From the NCBI GenBank assembly GCA_028534125.1, contig CM052816.1, positions 89,778,001 through 89,842,000 on the forward strand: a stretch of 64,000 bases of DNA. The letters run 5' to 3'. Position numbers and translations under genes: made by a program. The first letter of the stretch is position 1, and each line of letters starts with the position of its first letter. The notes under the pieces are model-generated. The model was not told the origin of the DNA, made no database searches, and saw only the letters and a list, made by a program, of their open reading frames with translations. This document shows, in pieces, positions 38,801 to 53,279 of the stretch. The stretch is from Lama glama (Eukaryota).

Positions 38801-40957
38801 TGTTTATTTCAATTCCTAAGACTGAATAATCTTGGCAATAATATATTACATAAACTCAATTCAAGTTAGAATGACTTATATACTAGAAAGTTAGTTAGGG
38901 GAGTTTCAGTAAGAAATACAACTGCCAATGGGGCCAAAAACACACCTGCCCTGGTCAGCAGGATGTCTTCCTAGAGAGCACACTAAATGAGACTCCAATT
39001 CATAATCTATAAATTTCATGGTAAACCAGGAATTCAGACCAACATAAGAGTATGACTTCCTCCTGCCCTTGATGGATCTAATGCTTGAGTAAGTCAAAAA
39101 AGCAGCTAGATAGGAGAAAAACCAGGAAGTAAGGATGGCACCTATTAGCTTTTTAAAGTGTTGTTTAGAACTCTAACTTAACCACTGTTTCAGGTGTTTT
39201 ATTCCTGTCATATCAGAAGGAATGCTATGTTGCCTATCAGCCATTCATCATTTTGTGAAGCAAAAATTAAAAGAAAAGCTACTGCCTGTAGCTTTAATTC
39301 ATCATCATAAGCATCAGAGCCCGCTTTACATTCCTCAAATACGAAGGATAAGTCTGGGTTCCTTTCCAGAGCCACAGTGTAATTCTACTTGCTCTAATAG
39401 TATGTGACTAATGAAGGCTTCTCTCTTTGAATGGAAACTGATAAATTGGTTGAAAATACAGAAACACAGTTGAACAGTCTTTGTTTGAGAACCGAATAAT
39501 TACATGGTTTCTTTTCAGTAATGAAATCTTTCTTTTCTCAGGCAGAATCAAATGTTACACAAATAAAAGCCTGCAAATCCATATGAACGTTCAGAATAAG
39601 ATGGTACGGAGAAGAAAAATAGTAATCACTGTGATGCCGGTTCTAACGGAAGAGACTTGGATTCTTAAAAACAGTAGGAAGAAGCTACTAGAAGAACCCA
39701 TTTCACTTAATATTGTAAGAATTACACATGCACTCTCCCTTTCGGACACTTGCTGTTTTTTGTTTTGCTTTGCTCTGTTTTGTTTTGTTTGCTTCAGAGG
39801 GTACATATTATTGCTTAAGATAAAAAGTGGAGCTAAAAGTTGGTTCCACATTTATCACCCAAATTCATAGTGTTTTTCATTATTTGCTAATTATCTTCTG
39901 TGCATTAGTCATCTCTCTTTAATTAAATTGTAACATTATTGAGAATAGGAACTAAATCTAATACTTCTTTTTCAGTCTCTTCAGTAGCCAGCATATGTAG
40001 AAATCCTAGTTAATCTTGTTAATCTATCAATTGAAATGTATTTATGGGTAAACGTTCCAAGGAGATTGAATATTATTTAGCAGAAATATCCAGTATTCTG
40101 GTTCTGTGATAATCTGTCTCCAAACTGCTTCAAGAATTTATTTCTTGAAAAATAATTCATTTATATTTTAGTGTGCAATCTCTCTTGGTTATATTTCCAT
40201 TTTAACAATCCTAATTGAAATATAAAAGTTTTCTTCACCACAAAGTAATTGCACTTGTCAGGTAGGTGATATATTTTAAGCAATACAAGGTCCTTCCCTC
40301 ATTTTTCAAAAGTATGAAATATGTGTGGGCCTTTACATAAACAATTCTTACCTACATTTATCTGCATCAAAGCGCAAGACTCATATCAGTAATTTAAAAT
40401 CTAATTAAGCATAACATTTTAAAAACATCAGACTAGAAGATAAATACTCCTTCTCCATCCCACATTTTAAGATATTTGTCCTCAGGATTACTGATTATGC
40501 ACATAGCTTTGTTTGTTATGTTTTCCTTTGCTTGTTTAGTAACAGTCTATAAATGGTGGACTCAACAGAAATCTTAAGTCATTCCTGAAACAAGCCTGGT
40601 AGAAAGGTAAGTTTAATTTGCAAGTGAAGACTAACATTAGAGCTGAAATATATTTTTTTTCTAAAGAAATAAAATGAGTTGGTGAAGAGGTACAATGTGC
40701 TAAGTTGGTAAAAACAAAAGGCTCATTTTTATAGGAGCCAGAACATTCATCTTCACTCTTAGCTTTATCTGTAATGACTCGTGATTGATACCTTGCAGAA
40801 GAAGAGGAAATTTGGTTTTATGTGCTGCTGTACCTCCTGCACTGAAGTCTTGCGTTGCCAGCCTTTCCAAACTCCAGGATCATATTTTTAAATTTTTTTC
40901 CACTTATCTAAACTCCTTTCAAAGGCGTTTCATTAAACTTTATTTCTCCCTACTCAC

Positions 40958-41440
40958 TGTATTAGTTTCTACTATGGCAACAAATTACTGCACATTTAGT
41001 GATTAAAAACATTCATTTATGTCCCACAGTTCTATGGGTCAGAAGTCTGGTATCAATCATGCTGGGCTCTTATCTGAGCCTCAGGGGGAGAATCCACTTC
41101 TAAGCTGATTAAGGTGGTCAGCAGAGTTCAGTTTCATGGGGTTGTAGGACTGGGTTCCCGTTTCCTTGCCGGCCATTGGAAGGGCATCATTCTTAACTTC
41201 TAGATGCCACCTGCATCCCTTGCTACTTCATATTCAAGATCAGCAAAGACTGGTCAATTCCTTTGCACATTTTTTAGCTCTCTGACTCTTCTGTTTTCCT
41301 GTTCTGCTTTTACATGTGTCTGTGTTATCTTTGGCCCATCCAGATAATCCAGGATAATCTCTCTTTTTAAATGTCATTAAAGAAGGAACCTTAATTCCAT
41401 CATTTTATCTTCCAAGTCCCTTCACAGCAGTACCTATTGA
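40958..41440 (-). mobile_element. MaLR LTR (MLT1D/E-like)
   Basis: tgtattagtttctactatggcaacaaattac...cacagttctatgggtcagaagtc...cagataatccaggataatctc. Confidence 0.8.
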
Positions 41441-42708
41441 GCCCATGCTCCAAAGAATCCTCATATTTAAAGGCTAAGTGTTCCTACGTACCCTCCTAGC
41501 ATTTCTTGCTTAAAATCTGAGAAACATGTATTGAAATGTACTGCTTCATACTTTCATCCAATTAAGGCATATCTACTTTGGAGTAAATAAAGGACTAACC
41601 CACTGGATAACAAAGTCATACCAGTTCATTGTTGGAAATTAAGAAGCACACATTTATGTGCTGAACAGCCAACAGCAGCATGTATGAACCAACCATGTTC
41701 AATTTTCCGAGCTCTATGACATCACTTTGGTAGCTACAAATCAGCTTGAGTAGGAGTATTTATAGCATGAGAACTTAACTCTTTGCAGAGGTGAGTTGCC
41801 AACATGTCACTGCAAATTGCAGTGTGTAATGTTACGGATAATGATGAAGATTTGCAGAGGCTAAAGGAAGCAGCTAATTCAGGCTGGCCAAGAGTTGGAG
41901 GCCAGAAGAGTATTTCTTTGTGGAAGCAACACAGTAGACATCTTGAAATTCCAAGTGTGTCTTTTACTAATTTGGAAGTTTAAATATTCCCACTTGGAGA
42001 TGCTATCAGACAGATGAGAGGCGCCTCTCTCTCTTGACACATACTAGCTAAGTAACCTTGAGCAAGTAAGTTAACCTTTTCATACTTCAGCCCCCAAGTC
42101 AATTCCTGGGCTTTTTATTTGTTCAAACATTCAAAAAATAATTATTAAACATTTCCATGCATCATGTAATGTTTTTGATCTGAAAATAATATGGTGAAGA
42201 GTAAATATTTGTAGTAATCCAAAAAGTGCTTAATGTATATTATAGAAAAATTGGAACTGAATACATAAATAAAAATTAGTGATAATTTTGTGTATTGGGG
42301 CCTCTATAACAACTTAAAGATGCTAAAGACTTTTTTTTGAGAAAGCCATATATGTGTACATGTGAAAACTTATGTATACAATTTTAAGAAATTCATGGGA
42401 GATCCATCCTGTGCCCATTCATGGACTCTACGTCCATGTGAGCCATATGGCATGTTTGGAACTTCACTGGGGAAAATGTAGAAACAAACTTACTCTTCAT
42501 TTTCAAAGACATGGTAGAAAGAACGGGGAATATACTGAGAACAAAATCTGTTTTGGGATGATTGAGTCATAGGATAGAGATATGGGGGGAAAGTACAATA
42601 TAAAAAACAATAGGGAGCCAAATTAAGACCGTATATGGCTCTGTGTGTTAAAGTTGAGAATATAGTGTATTAGGTTCTCTTTCGTGTTCAGAGTTTTTAT
42701 ATTGCTCT

Positions 42709-43200
42709 TGTTGACTGAAATAAATGCACAGCCTGAAAGGTGAGAGTTCTGTTTTATTTGGCGCACATTTCTGAGAACCCCTTTCAGCCCGCGATGACAG
42801 CCTCTCAGATCGCTCTGAGGGACGACTCCGAAGAGGCAGGGGAGGAGCTAGGATATATAGGAGCTTTACAACAAAGACCAGGTAGTTGGAACAATAAAAG
42901 ATTCCTTGTTAACTAAAGAAAACCAGGCATCTCAAGTTAAAGAATTTAGTGCTTTTCTATGTATGGGAGGAGGCAAACATTTAGGCTCACTGAATTCATT
43001 CCTTTGACAAGCACCTAGCTATCTAGGGCCAGTGTCCTGTCCTTTCTTATTCTGAGTCCCCTCCGGGTGCACCATTGTGAGTGGCTGCAGAGGCCGGGCT
43101 GCAGGCTTGTCTTCCCTGGGGGGTGGCAGCAGCCGCTGATGACTTGAAGGCTTCAGCATTCTTTGTTTACCGATATGGTTTGCCTTATTTTTCGTTCACA
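42709..43200 (-). mobile_element. Solo ERV1-type LTR, 492 bp, CpG-retaining
   Basis: TG...CA termini, TSD ctct/ctcc, tttatt near 42753, tatata near 42854. Confidence 0.85.
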
Positions 43201-44984
43201 CTCCTTTAGTCTTAAGTGTAGTATCCAAAAAACGACATGGAGCTCCCTTTCATTTTGAAAGGAATTTCCTCTACGAAAGCCTGCAGAATGAATTATATAA
43301 GCTCTGTTAAGCCTTAGGGAGGACAGTTTCTTTTTTCCATTAAAGTTTTTCCTTTGAGTTGATTTTTCCCCACTTTATTCTGAACAAATGGTAAGTTCTA
43401 AAGAGTACTCCACGTAGGGTTTGCGCCATCTTAACTGAAAGTCTTCAAAATATTTAAATGAAGCATTTTAATTGGCCTGCAGCTTCTTAACTCTTAAATC
43501 TTTTCCTCATAAAAGCAGTAGCGCTTTCATTACTTTTCACAAGCCTGGAGCAGAAAAATACAAACTTAATTTTGAAATTGTTTTTGGAACGCTAAAGATA
43601 AATACAAAATAGGTTAGTTTTTATAATAAAAACGGTATCAGGAATTTATCTTTAGGCAAATTAGTAGCCAAATAAATTTCTTATTTTTAGTTTCTTCAGA
43701 ATGGATATTTGAAAGCCCAGTATTGTTCCATTGAAATAAACAAGGTCAATTTTCTCAATATAAATTTAATAGTGAAAAGAAAAATGTCTCAATATCAAAC
43801 ATATATTTTAATTTGCATTTTATTTTAAGAACCAGTAAGTCCAATTATTTTAAAATAAATAAATCAAAGTTTATCCCAATATATTAATATATCTTTATAT
43901 TGTTCATGCATTAATGTATTTGCTTTCCAACTCCAATTTCGTAAATATTCTATGAAGCTATACTATGTTTCTTTTAAGCACATAGGAATTATTATTTCCA
44001 TTTATGCACTGACCTATGGTTTTAATGATTATTTCATTGCAATAAATGTTAAAAACAGATTATTATTTTTATGTGAAATTAAAGTACATAGAGAAAAACT
44101 TATTTCCACTATTTGGCAATAACAACAATTAATATTATGAGTCTCTTCACTTTAGTTTCATAATGTATGTGTAAAAAACAATTTTAATAACATTTATTTA
44201 AGCTATTTATTTCCATTCCTAATTCCTATTCACATCAGTAAGAAAATATCATTTAAATATTTGAATGCCATAATAGAGAACAAAAAGTGTAATCTTCATA
44301 AAAATTGCCCAAAATATAGGTGGATATTATAAAATAGAAAAATGTACATACAGAATATTCATTTTAATAAGGAAAATATAAACAAAAAGTTCTTTCAATA
44401 TATGTCTTCAAATTGGGGAAGGGTGGCAACTATAATATCATCAGCTGATACAGAGATTGACTTAAATAAGGTAAAAACAAGCCCTTCCACTGGTCATGTA
44501 CTCTTTCTAAGAGTTACAGTTTTTTATTCAACAACGTTTTTATGAGGAATTATATCTAATTTTCAAATTGAATTCCTTTGACAAAATCCAAAGGGACTGA
44601 TAAAACTGTGAGGCTTTGAACTGATGCTGTAATTGGGCAACATTCTTCAGGAACTTGGGAGGGAATGAGCACATTTTGCAAATGAGAGGGACATGAATCA
44701 TTGGGAGTCAGATCGGGTGAGGATCCTCCGGTGCACTTTCTTGAGTACACTCTTCTCCAATTTTAAATCTGTGAAATGAAAAAGACAAATTATCTGCCCC
44801 ATTCACACTCAACCTACTATAAAAGAAAATGCATATCTAACTACTATAAAATTATAGTTTAAAAAGGATAAAAATGAGAGACATTTTCATAGTATTTCTA
44901 TAAAAATTTTGATATCCACCTCAGCAGTATTGGACATTCCTTGATTAAGTTTTGACCTGAGAATATATAAACACATATTCTCAA

Positions 44985-45252
44985 AGTTCCCTAAATTGGT
45001 CTATAGACAATGCAATTCCAATCATAATTCTGACCTTTTCTTGCATAAATGACAAATTGATTCTAAAATATAAATGGAAATTTAAGGGACTGAAAACAGC
45101 AAAACAATCTTTTAAAGGAAGTACACATATGAAAGATTTACAATATATGTTTTAAGACATTATGAAGACAGTGTGAAAGTTTGAGGAAGGATCCATAAAT
45201 AGATCAATGGAACAAATCAAAGAGTCCAGGAAAATAACTACAACTACATGGT

Positions 45253-45288
<36 letters not shown>

Positions 45289-45345
45289 CAAATAAATTTT
45301 TTTTGAACACTTTAAACAAAGCTCTTGAATCAACTGGATATCCTG
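44985..45345 (+). mobile_element. Old L1 ORF2 fragment containing a (CA)n microsatellite at 45255-45284
   Basis: tatagacaatgcaattccaatca...gacaaattgattctaaaatataaatgg...aatagatcaatggaaca. Confidence 0.7.
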
Positions 45346-48300
45346 TTCATAGCTTCAGATGATAGATGTAAAATTTTTTTCTTATATGTATTTTTTCTGA
45401 TGAAATTATTCAGACTTACTCATCAATATAAGAGAATAAGCAAAAAAGAAGACATGGATACATGAATAGGGATCCAGTGAAAGAGGGGGCAATTCAAAGT
45501 CAAGTATTATCAAATATATCAAAGGTCACTGAAAGTAGAGTTCTGATTGGATTAAGGTGAGGAAAGGCTGCCAGAGGGCTACCTCATAAGGAAATATAAA
45601 ATTATACTTAGTCATTTAGAAGATAGGGTTTAGTAGAGCTTCACTAGTCTAGTGTAGATGTACTAGAGAGATGGAAAGAGTAACCATATATATGTCTGAA
45701 TACTAAAATAAAAATATCAGGCAGATATCAACTCTAGAGAAAAACCAAAGGGACATTTTTCAATTCAAGGAAATATAAACATAGATGCATCATTAGACAC
45801 AACAAAATACTGTTATACATTCATGTTGATTAAAAATCAGTTTACTTGTAGGTGTGTATTGTTATATAACATAAAACTTTTATATTAGAAAATAAGTTCT
45901 GAGTTCTAAACAATTACAATCATAAAATTAAAAAAAAAATCTCATCTTTGTCCTTGAATCCACTACTTTCTATATCCTTTATAGTGCATCATTACCTCTT
46001 GGTGCTTCTGACTCCATGGTATTATATTAAATATTTCATTTGATTGCCATGATTGATCACCAGTCTAAAAAATATCATTCACAGAAGTCTCCAACAATTC
46101 CAAAATGTCTCTTTGATCTATTTTCTCTCCCAGTCCCTTCAATAACAATATTAATTGTATTCCACTTTCCTGAAATAGTATCAAAATTCTTCCTTTCCAT
46201 TGCCACCATCAAATACATACTCACTCTCAAGAAATATTTTAGAGAAACCCAGTAATTTAATATTACAGTGGCTTCATATTTCAAACACTAAATTTAAAAC
46301 CAGTTTCTTAAACTCTCAGCCTTGTTACACTAGAACACCAGTATCTCCTATTCTTTAAAAACAAATTATTTTATCTGTTCATTGAAGTTCAAATTATTCA
46401 AAGTATAAGAAATGTACATTATCAAATATACCTTTTTTTATTCTGTCAGTTCAAACTTTTCTTATTTAGTGTAATAATTTCCCTCAAATTAAAAAAAAAC
46501 AAGGTCTTGTCCATTAAAATGAAAGCAATTCCTGGGGCCCTATTTTCCTTTCTAAGATATTGCTCTGTATAGTACTAAGTTATATTTCCTACCTATGTAT
46601 CACTAAAGTTCTCAAAAGAGTTTTCAATCCCACTGGGTTGTCTTATTTCTCATTCCTTATACTCCAAACTAGCCTTGAGTTCATTTTTATTTTGCTGAAA
46701 TGACTCTTCCCTAATGTCACTCCATCAAAACTGTATCATACATTATCTTCAACAACAAAAAATATTAGTTCTTTGTACTGAGCCTCTCATTAACATTTAA
46801 CAATGATAAGTACACTCTCTTTCTTTGAACTTTTTCTTCCCTTCACTTTTGTATTTCAAATGATTTCTGTTTCTTTTCTATTATCTTTTCATACTTTATC
46901 TTTCCCCCATTGAAGTTTTTCAATACTTGCTGTATGACCTAGTGTCTTCTCAAGTTATTTTTTTGTCCCAAAGGAACTTCTCTACACTCAAAGATTCAAT
47001 TATCACTTACATACAGATTAATCTCCAATGATTCCTGAAGCCAGTTACCTACTGAAGTTCATATCTACATATTTCTGCAGTTTGCCACATTTTTTGTTTA
47101 TATCAAAATATTTTATACATATTTAACACATATATTTATATAACACATATCCAAAAATAAACATATAGCCTTCCACAGATGTGGTCAATTTCTGATATTT
47201 ATTATTTCCAGCAGTTGATGCTGACATCCATCTTGCTTTCAAAACCAACAACCCAGGAATCATCCTTGAACTTGCTTTCAGTTTTTCGAAATATTTAAAA
47301 TCTCACCAGGTATGCCCAATGTGAGTCCTAAAATCTTTCTTAAAGTATCCACTTCTTCAGAGGAAACTTAACTGAATCAGGCAAAACAACAGCTCTATTA
47401 TAAATTTATCACTGTAGCCAGCTCTCACCACAATTATTGTCTGAAATTGTTTGAGGGAAATTCTGGGTTAATGGCAGTCTTCCATGTGGGACTCTAAGCT
47501 CTCTGGATCTACCTTTGCTCATCACTGTTTATGCCCTACCAAGAAAATTGCCTGAAAAAGTAGTCTAATGTGAGTTTATGAATAAGAGACTCATAGGAGC
47601 CATCTTACCTATAAACTGAATTAATGAACCAACTGATTTGTCAACCAATGCTATTTTATTCCAACTGGTTTTGACCCCTTCACATCACTGAAATGACATT
47701 GTATGACAATCATGATTATATACGAGATCTTTCATAACTTACTGGGTCTCTCAGAGGCACAACATATGCATATCTAAACTTCCTTTCATAAACTCTCTCT
47801 CCTCCTGATTGTCATGGTTGACAAATAATTATTTTGAAAGAGTAGATGAACTAAAGTAGGAGAATACCAATTTATTGTGTATTCTAAGAAGATTTCCTAA
47901 GAAGGTTCTATTAATTTTACAAATACTGCTGGAAAGTGTAAAAAATATAGTTAGACATAGTGAGTGATGATTTAAGTACTTTAATGTTATCACATGTATG
48001 ATATATTTCCGAAATCCAGTAGCCATCCCACCAATTTCATTCTTTCTACTGACAGTGTGCCAAATCGAAATTTAGGAAAATGATATTGTACACCTGATCT
48101 ATGTCTTTTATATAGCCTCATGCTCTTAGTCACAGGCTCAATTCATGTGTCTATTAAGAATAAGTAATTATACAATAAAAAGATTTCAGTTCATATATCT
48201 GTTAATCCAATTCAATTTAGAAATAGTGATAATCTACAACCTATTTAGTTTTATAATCTAATATATATGAGTAAATTTTAGAGATTCATGTTATAATACT

Positions 48301-50289
48301 AATGCTTTTTTATTTTACATTTTTTCAGTCTGAAACATATGAACTGAATAAATATATGACATACAAAATCATTGCAGTAAATTAGGGCAGAAATGCAATA
48401 GAATGTGATATTTCTTAGTAAGTCATTGAGCAAAATGTTTGAGCCATGCCAAGTACAAAATCTTTTGTTAAGGCTGATTAGGTTTCAGATTATAAAACAC
48501 TCTTATAGTGCCAATAAATTACCGCCACCTTTCTCGGAAGAAAGTGACTAAACAATATTTGGTTGCTGAGTTAAATAGAATAAATGTCTCAGAACTTGGC
48601 CAGAAGGCTGAGATTTTAATTAGTTATTAAGGTTTTCAGGTTAATGAAATCACATTTGCCTTTTCTAGCTAAAGAATCTGAATTGACAATGGCATTAAAT
48701 CTTGAATAAACACTAATTTGCCAGAGCTTGCAAGAGCCTGACCTGAAGAAAAGAAAAAAGAAAAAAGAAAAAAAAAACCCTGTTAATAGAATGCTAATTA
48801 TCAAATGTCTTCTTGATTTTATGTTAATCAGAGATGTACTCTTTCAAAAAATATATTTAAAGGTTGATAATAAAATGAAATATATTTAAAACTACTTGCT
48901 GAAGTTAAGTGATTATTCTTTTCTTTTTTTTTTCTTTTTTTTAAATTTCCATTATAATGACTGAAAACAAATTTCTTGACAGTGTTCCTAAATGAGGTCA
49001 TGCCTGCTCACAAATTAAAATGTATTGCAATTCTCTGATTAAGGAAAACCCTTTCTAACAATTCTAATTAGAAGCACTTAATTTATACCTTAATACCCAC
49101 GCACCCTCCTTCCTTATAAATATATGCATACATATGTTAAATTTTAATGATATCTAATGTTTAAGGAACCTAAAAAAAAATCTTTTTCTTTTTTACTTCC
49201 TTTTTCTCAATATTTATATGTTTTACATTCTCAATCTGTAAATACTAAGATATTCCATCTATTCACTTATCTAATCCTCAGGCAATTCTACAGATACAAT
49301 GATCATAAACCTATGACAGAGGAGGAAACCAAGGGGCACAGTTATTAGCATCTTGCTCAAAAAACTAAAGCTGTTATTGAAATCAATAGCTTTTTAGAAT
49401 GGTTACATAATGGTTAAGATCATTGTTTTCAGAATCAGCACAATTGAGTCTAATTGTTAGCTCTAATAATTCTTGCTGAAGTTAAATGAGATAATACATA
49501 TAAACATATAGAACAGTATCATTCACATATCAACTGTTTAATATCTGCAGGGCATTATATCCTTTACTTGGCTCTATTGTTTGGGTTGTTTCAATTACAC
49601 CCCCACATTGTAACCACTTTTTTGTGTGCCCCTATGAAATTATTGGAAATACACATATTTTAAAAGGATTAGGTGTTCTTAGTCTTTGCATATGAATTGT
49701 AAGAAATAGTATTGAAAGACATTTCCTGGTAACTTAACAGAAGTGTCTAAAAAGGTGTTCCTTCTTCTCCTAAATTATTTATGAAACATACATTTATGAA
49801 AGTGTCCTTGTTTTTGCTTGCGGATGCCAAAAAATTAAATAGGGGAATGTAGAATCACAAGGCTTTGTATATCTCACTACTTATTTCTTCCCTGAAGGGA
49901 GTTTTTCTGCAAGGATGAGTGGGATCAGAGTGATCACCTGAAGGGAAAATGAAGAAGTTCCCTTACTGTGAGAATAAGATTCCAGATAGATTTTCTGAAA
50001 ATGGCAGAATTCATCAAAAGCCTTTCCTTATTTCAAAATGATACTATATTGAATTTGTTTCTGGTTGCTGAAGATGCTGTAGTGATCTGAGGTTTGTGCT
50101 GACCAGTGATAAATATTTGAAGGGAAGAGATGTTGAAATGCCTAAAATATTTGTGTATACGAAATAAAACATAAACTTTTACCTCTAAATATTGTGCTAT
50201 TGGGCCAAAAATAATAGGGCACGTGTTTTCCGAGGGAGGTGAAAAAGTACAGAGCTGAAGAATCATATATGCTCAATTATGTTTGACAA

Positions 50290-51260
50290 GGATGGTCATG
50301 GCTTCTGGATTGAACTTGAAGATGGCAAAGTTAGAAGCAGGGAAACTGATGCATCAGGCTGTTGACAGGTGAGAAACAGTAATGGTGAAAAGAGCCAGTT
50401 ACATTGTGGGTGTATTTTGTAGGTAAAGCTAATTGGATTCCCTTTTGGGTTTGACACATGGTGTGAAACAAACAAAAGTTGAGGTAAATTCAAATAGTCT
50501 CACTTATGTCAATAGAAGGGTGGAGCTTCTTTGTACCTTTTTTTTTTTTTATTGAGGTACACCTCAAGTTTACAATGTGTCAATTTCTGGTGTACAGCAT
50601 GTTTCAGTCATACACACCATACATTGATTTGTTTTCATATTTTCTTTTATCCTAGGTTACTATAAGATATTGAACTTTTCTGATTGTTTTTACAAAATAT
50701 GGAAGACTGCAATAAAAGCAGATTTTGAATGGGTAATTATACAGGAAGGCCAGCAGTGCACATTGGGGCATATTAATATGAGATTGTCAATTGAATGTGA
50801 AAGTAAAAATACTGAATAGTTAGTTCCTTTTTCAGTCTGGAATTCAAGATAGAGATCTGGACGAGTGAGACAATTTGGGGGTCCTAAGCATTTAAGTGAT
50901 ATTTAAACCTGTGGGATAAGACTTAGTAACCAAGTGAATAATTATGGATAAAGAACAAAAGTGACCCCAAACTAAACCAGGATCATTTATTTCAAAATTA
51001 AATGGTTGGAGATATGATTACGAACTTATGAATAATGTAAGAAGAGGCTATAAGGAAGAAGGAACAGAAGGATGTGTTGTCCCTAAAATAAATAAAGACT
51101 TTTTTAGAAGTATTATAGGATCAATGCTGCAAGGAGACCAAACAGGAAGTGAATTTAAGGTTCACGTTCGATTTTCCAAGTGGAGGTCATTTGTGACACC
51201 GGCAATGACAGCCTTCTTTTTGGAGTGACAGCTTGATTGGCATTGGTTTAGGGGAGAATG
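50290..51260. mobile_element. L2 fragment interrupted by a young L1 3' end (minus, ~50538-50675)
   Basis: L2-like purine-rich motifs (tgtattttgtaggtaaagc; gtctggaattcaagatagagatctgg; tggaggtcatttgtgac), plus poly-T and attgaggtacac...taggttactataagatattgaa. Confidence 0.7.
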
Positions 51261-53279
51261 GAAGGTAATAATTCAGAGACTGATATCCTTATCTGTACAA
51301 GAAAATAGTAATAGTAGCATCCTTAAAGAGCTTGTTAAATTAGATAGTTTCCATGAATTGTTAAGCACACTGCCAGAGACGTGCTAAACACTCTTTCAAA
51401 GATTTGTTTACATGTTTATTATAATTACTTTCATCATTTTTAAAATACTTCTTTTTTAAAAGATTAAAAAGGAAACTGTGTCATATCTGAATTTTTTAAA
51501 AATTAGTATTTTTCTTATTGAAGTCATCAAATAGCTTGATACGACCTACTGGAATTTTAAATGATATGCTAAAAAACTTGGGTTCAAGTCCATTTCTTGC
51601 CTTTTTCATAATTGGATATACTTTCAAATGAAGTTTACCAAATACACAAAGCATAGTTGGTGTGGTATAGTTTTATATTTTGAGGAGGATTGAACTGGAA
51701 ACATTTTATAATGGAGGTATGGCTAGTGTAAGCCTGTCCACCTGAATGAGGTCTGTCTCTGAGAGGGATCGGATTCACAAGAATGTCAGATTCACAAGAA
51801 TACCCATTCATAGGCAAGTAAATATTTTTATTTGGATTTATCTAGCTCCCTAAGAGCTAAGCAGAGAATGAAGATAAAGTGCTTTGTTTGCCCTAAATCA
51901 CTATGTTCATGTTTCCCCAACTTCTTGGAGTTTTCTGTATCTCTGTTAGGGGTCATTATTTACCTGTTTCTAACTTCCATCTCAACAAATCATGACTATA
52001 ATGACAAAGAAGAAAAACACTTGAATTAATATTTTGCCCCTCTTAGCATCTCTAACTGAAAATGAAAAACAGTTCTTAATGTAAAGAGTTTGAAGACTAT
52101 TTGAATATAGCCACAGGGGTGGCTCTACCTTGGCAATGATAAGACTTTGTATCCATGAAAGATCATGTTTTTCATTTTGAACTCAATCATGAAATGTTTG
52201 CAATTACAGAGTAATTGAAAATACATAGCTTCAAGGCCTCCTGCTGTTGGATAATAGATACAATATGAGATAAGTGCTTTGGACTAAACCCTTAGTCATC
52301 TCCATGTCGCTGTTAGAAAAGTAAGAATTATTCTGAATCCAAAAAAGAAAAGAGTAGAATGACAACTGGAATTTCCAAAATGATTATCTTAATATTCACG
52401 GTGCATTCATTTGCATGTTCATGCGATAGATCTTATATCCACATATTTATTCAACAAACTATTATTGCCACTCACTCTGCTATGTGCCTACCAAGCCCAT
52501 AGTGATGAAAACTCATAGTCCCATCCCAGAAGCAGCTCCCAAGCATCAGGGGCGAGAGATGCACCTGGCAAACTTTGCAATGAAATATGCAGGATGGAAT
52601 ACTAAATTAATGATGAAACAGCCTTGGCAGAACAAGGAAAAGTCTTTGAATCTACTTAATATTAAAAAAAAAAATTAATACACACACATACCATGGGGAA
52701 GATTTTTATAATCAGGATTTAGTTGCTAGCTGATTATTTATAGTGAGTCAAATAGAGAAGTTTCCATAACCCCTAGTGTTATAAATTGGGTACCTTGGTA
52801 TATTAACAAAGAGGTGTGCAAGGATAATTTAGGGATGAATAGCTATTTCCTCCCCTCCCTTTCACTAAAATTCAAATATTGATTTAAATGACTTTATAAA
52901 AGATAAAAATTCAAGTGATGCAGTTTAAGTAGCAAATAATTATACATTATCACACAATAGTTTTTTAAGATACTAACTTTTTCATTATTTCCATCAATTG
53001 ACCAGACAAAATATTATGAGAACAGTGAGGTGTTTTAGGCATTCATTCCATCTCTTAATCAGCAAATAATATATAAGCCTAATTATTCACATCAGAATTT
53101 TTAAAAATTCTACTCATTGGAATGAATCTCCCCTGATATAATTTTATTCAGCTTTTGAGTAGCTAAAACATTAAACAGATATATAAATTTATATGTATGT
53201 GTGTGTATATATATATATACACACCTACTGGAATTTTATTCCTACTGGAATATATATATATATATATATTTGGTTATTT

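Noticed and set aside
39481..39870. 129-aa ORF with a possible internal exon
   Set aside because: Non-ATG start, includes a (TTTTG)n tract, weak donor, no recognisable domain.
48660..48780. Strong minus-strand splice acceptor (poly-Y then cag at ~48743)
   Set aside because: The pyrimidine tract is a simple A-rich repeat, there is no good GT donor nearby and the peptide is unrecognisable.
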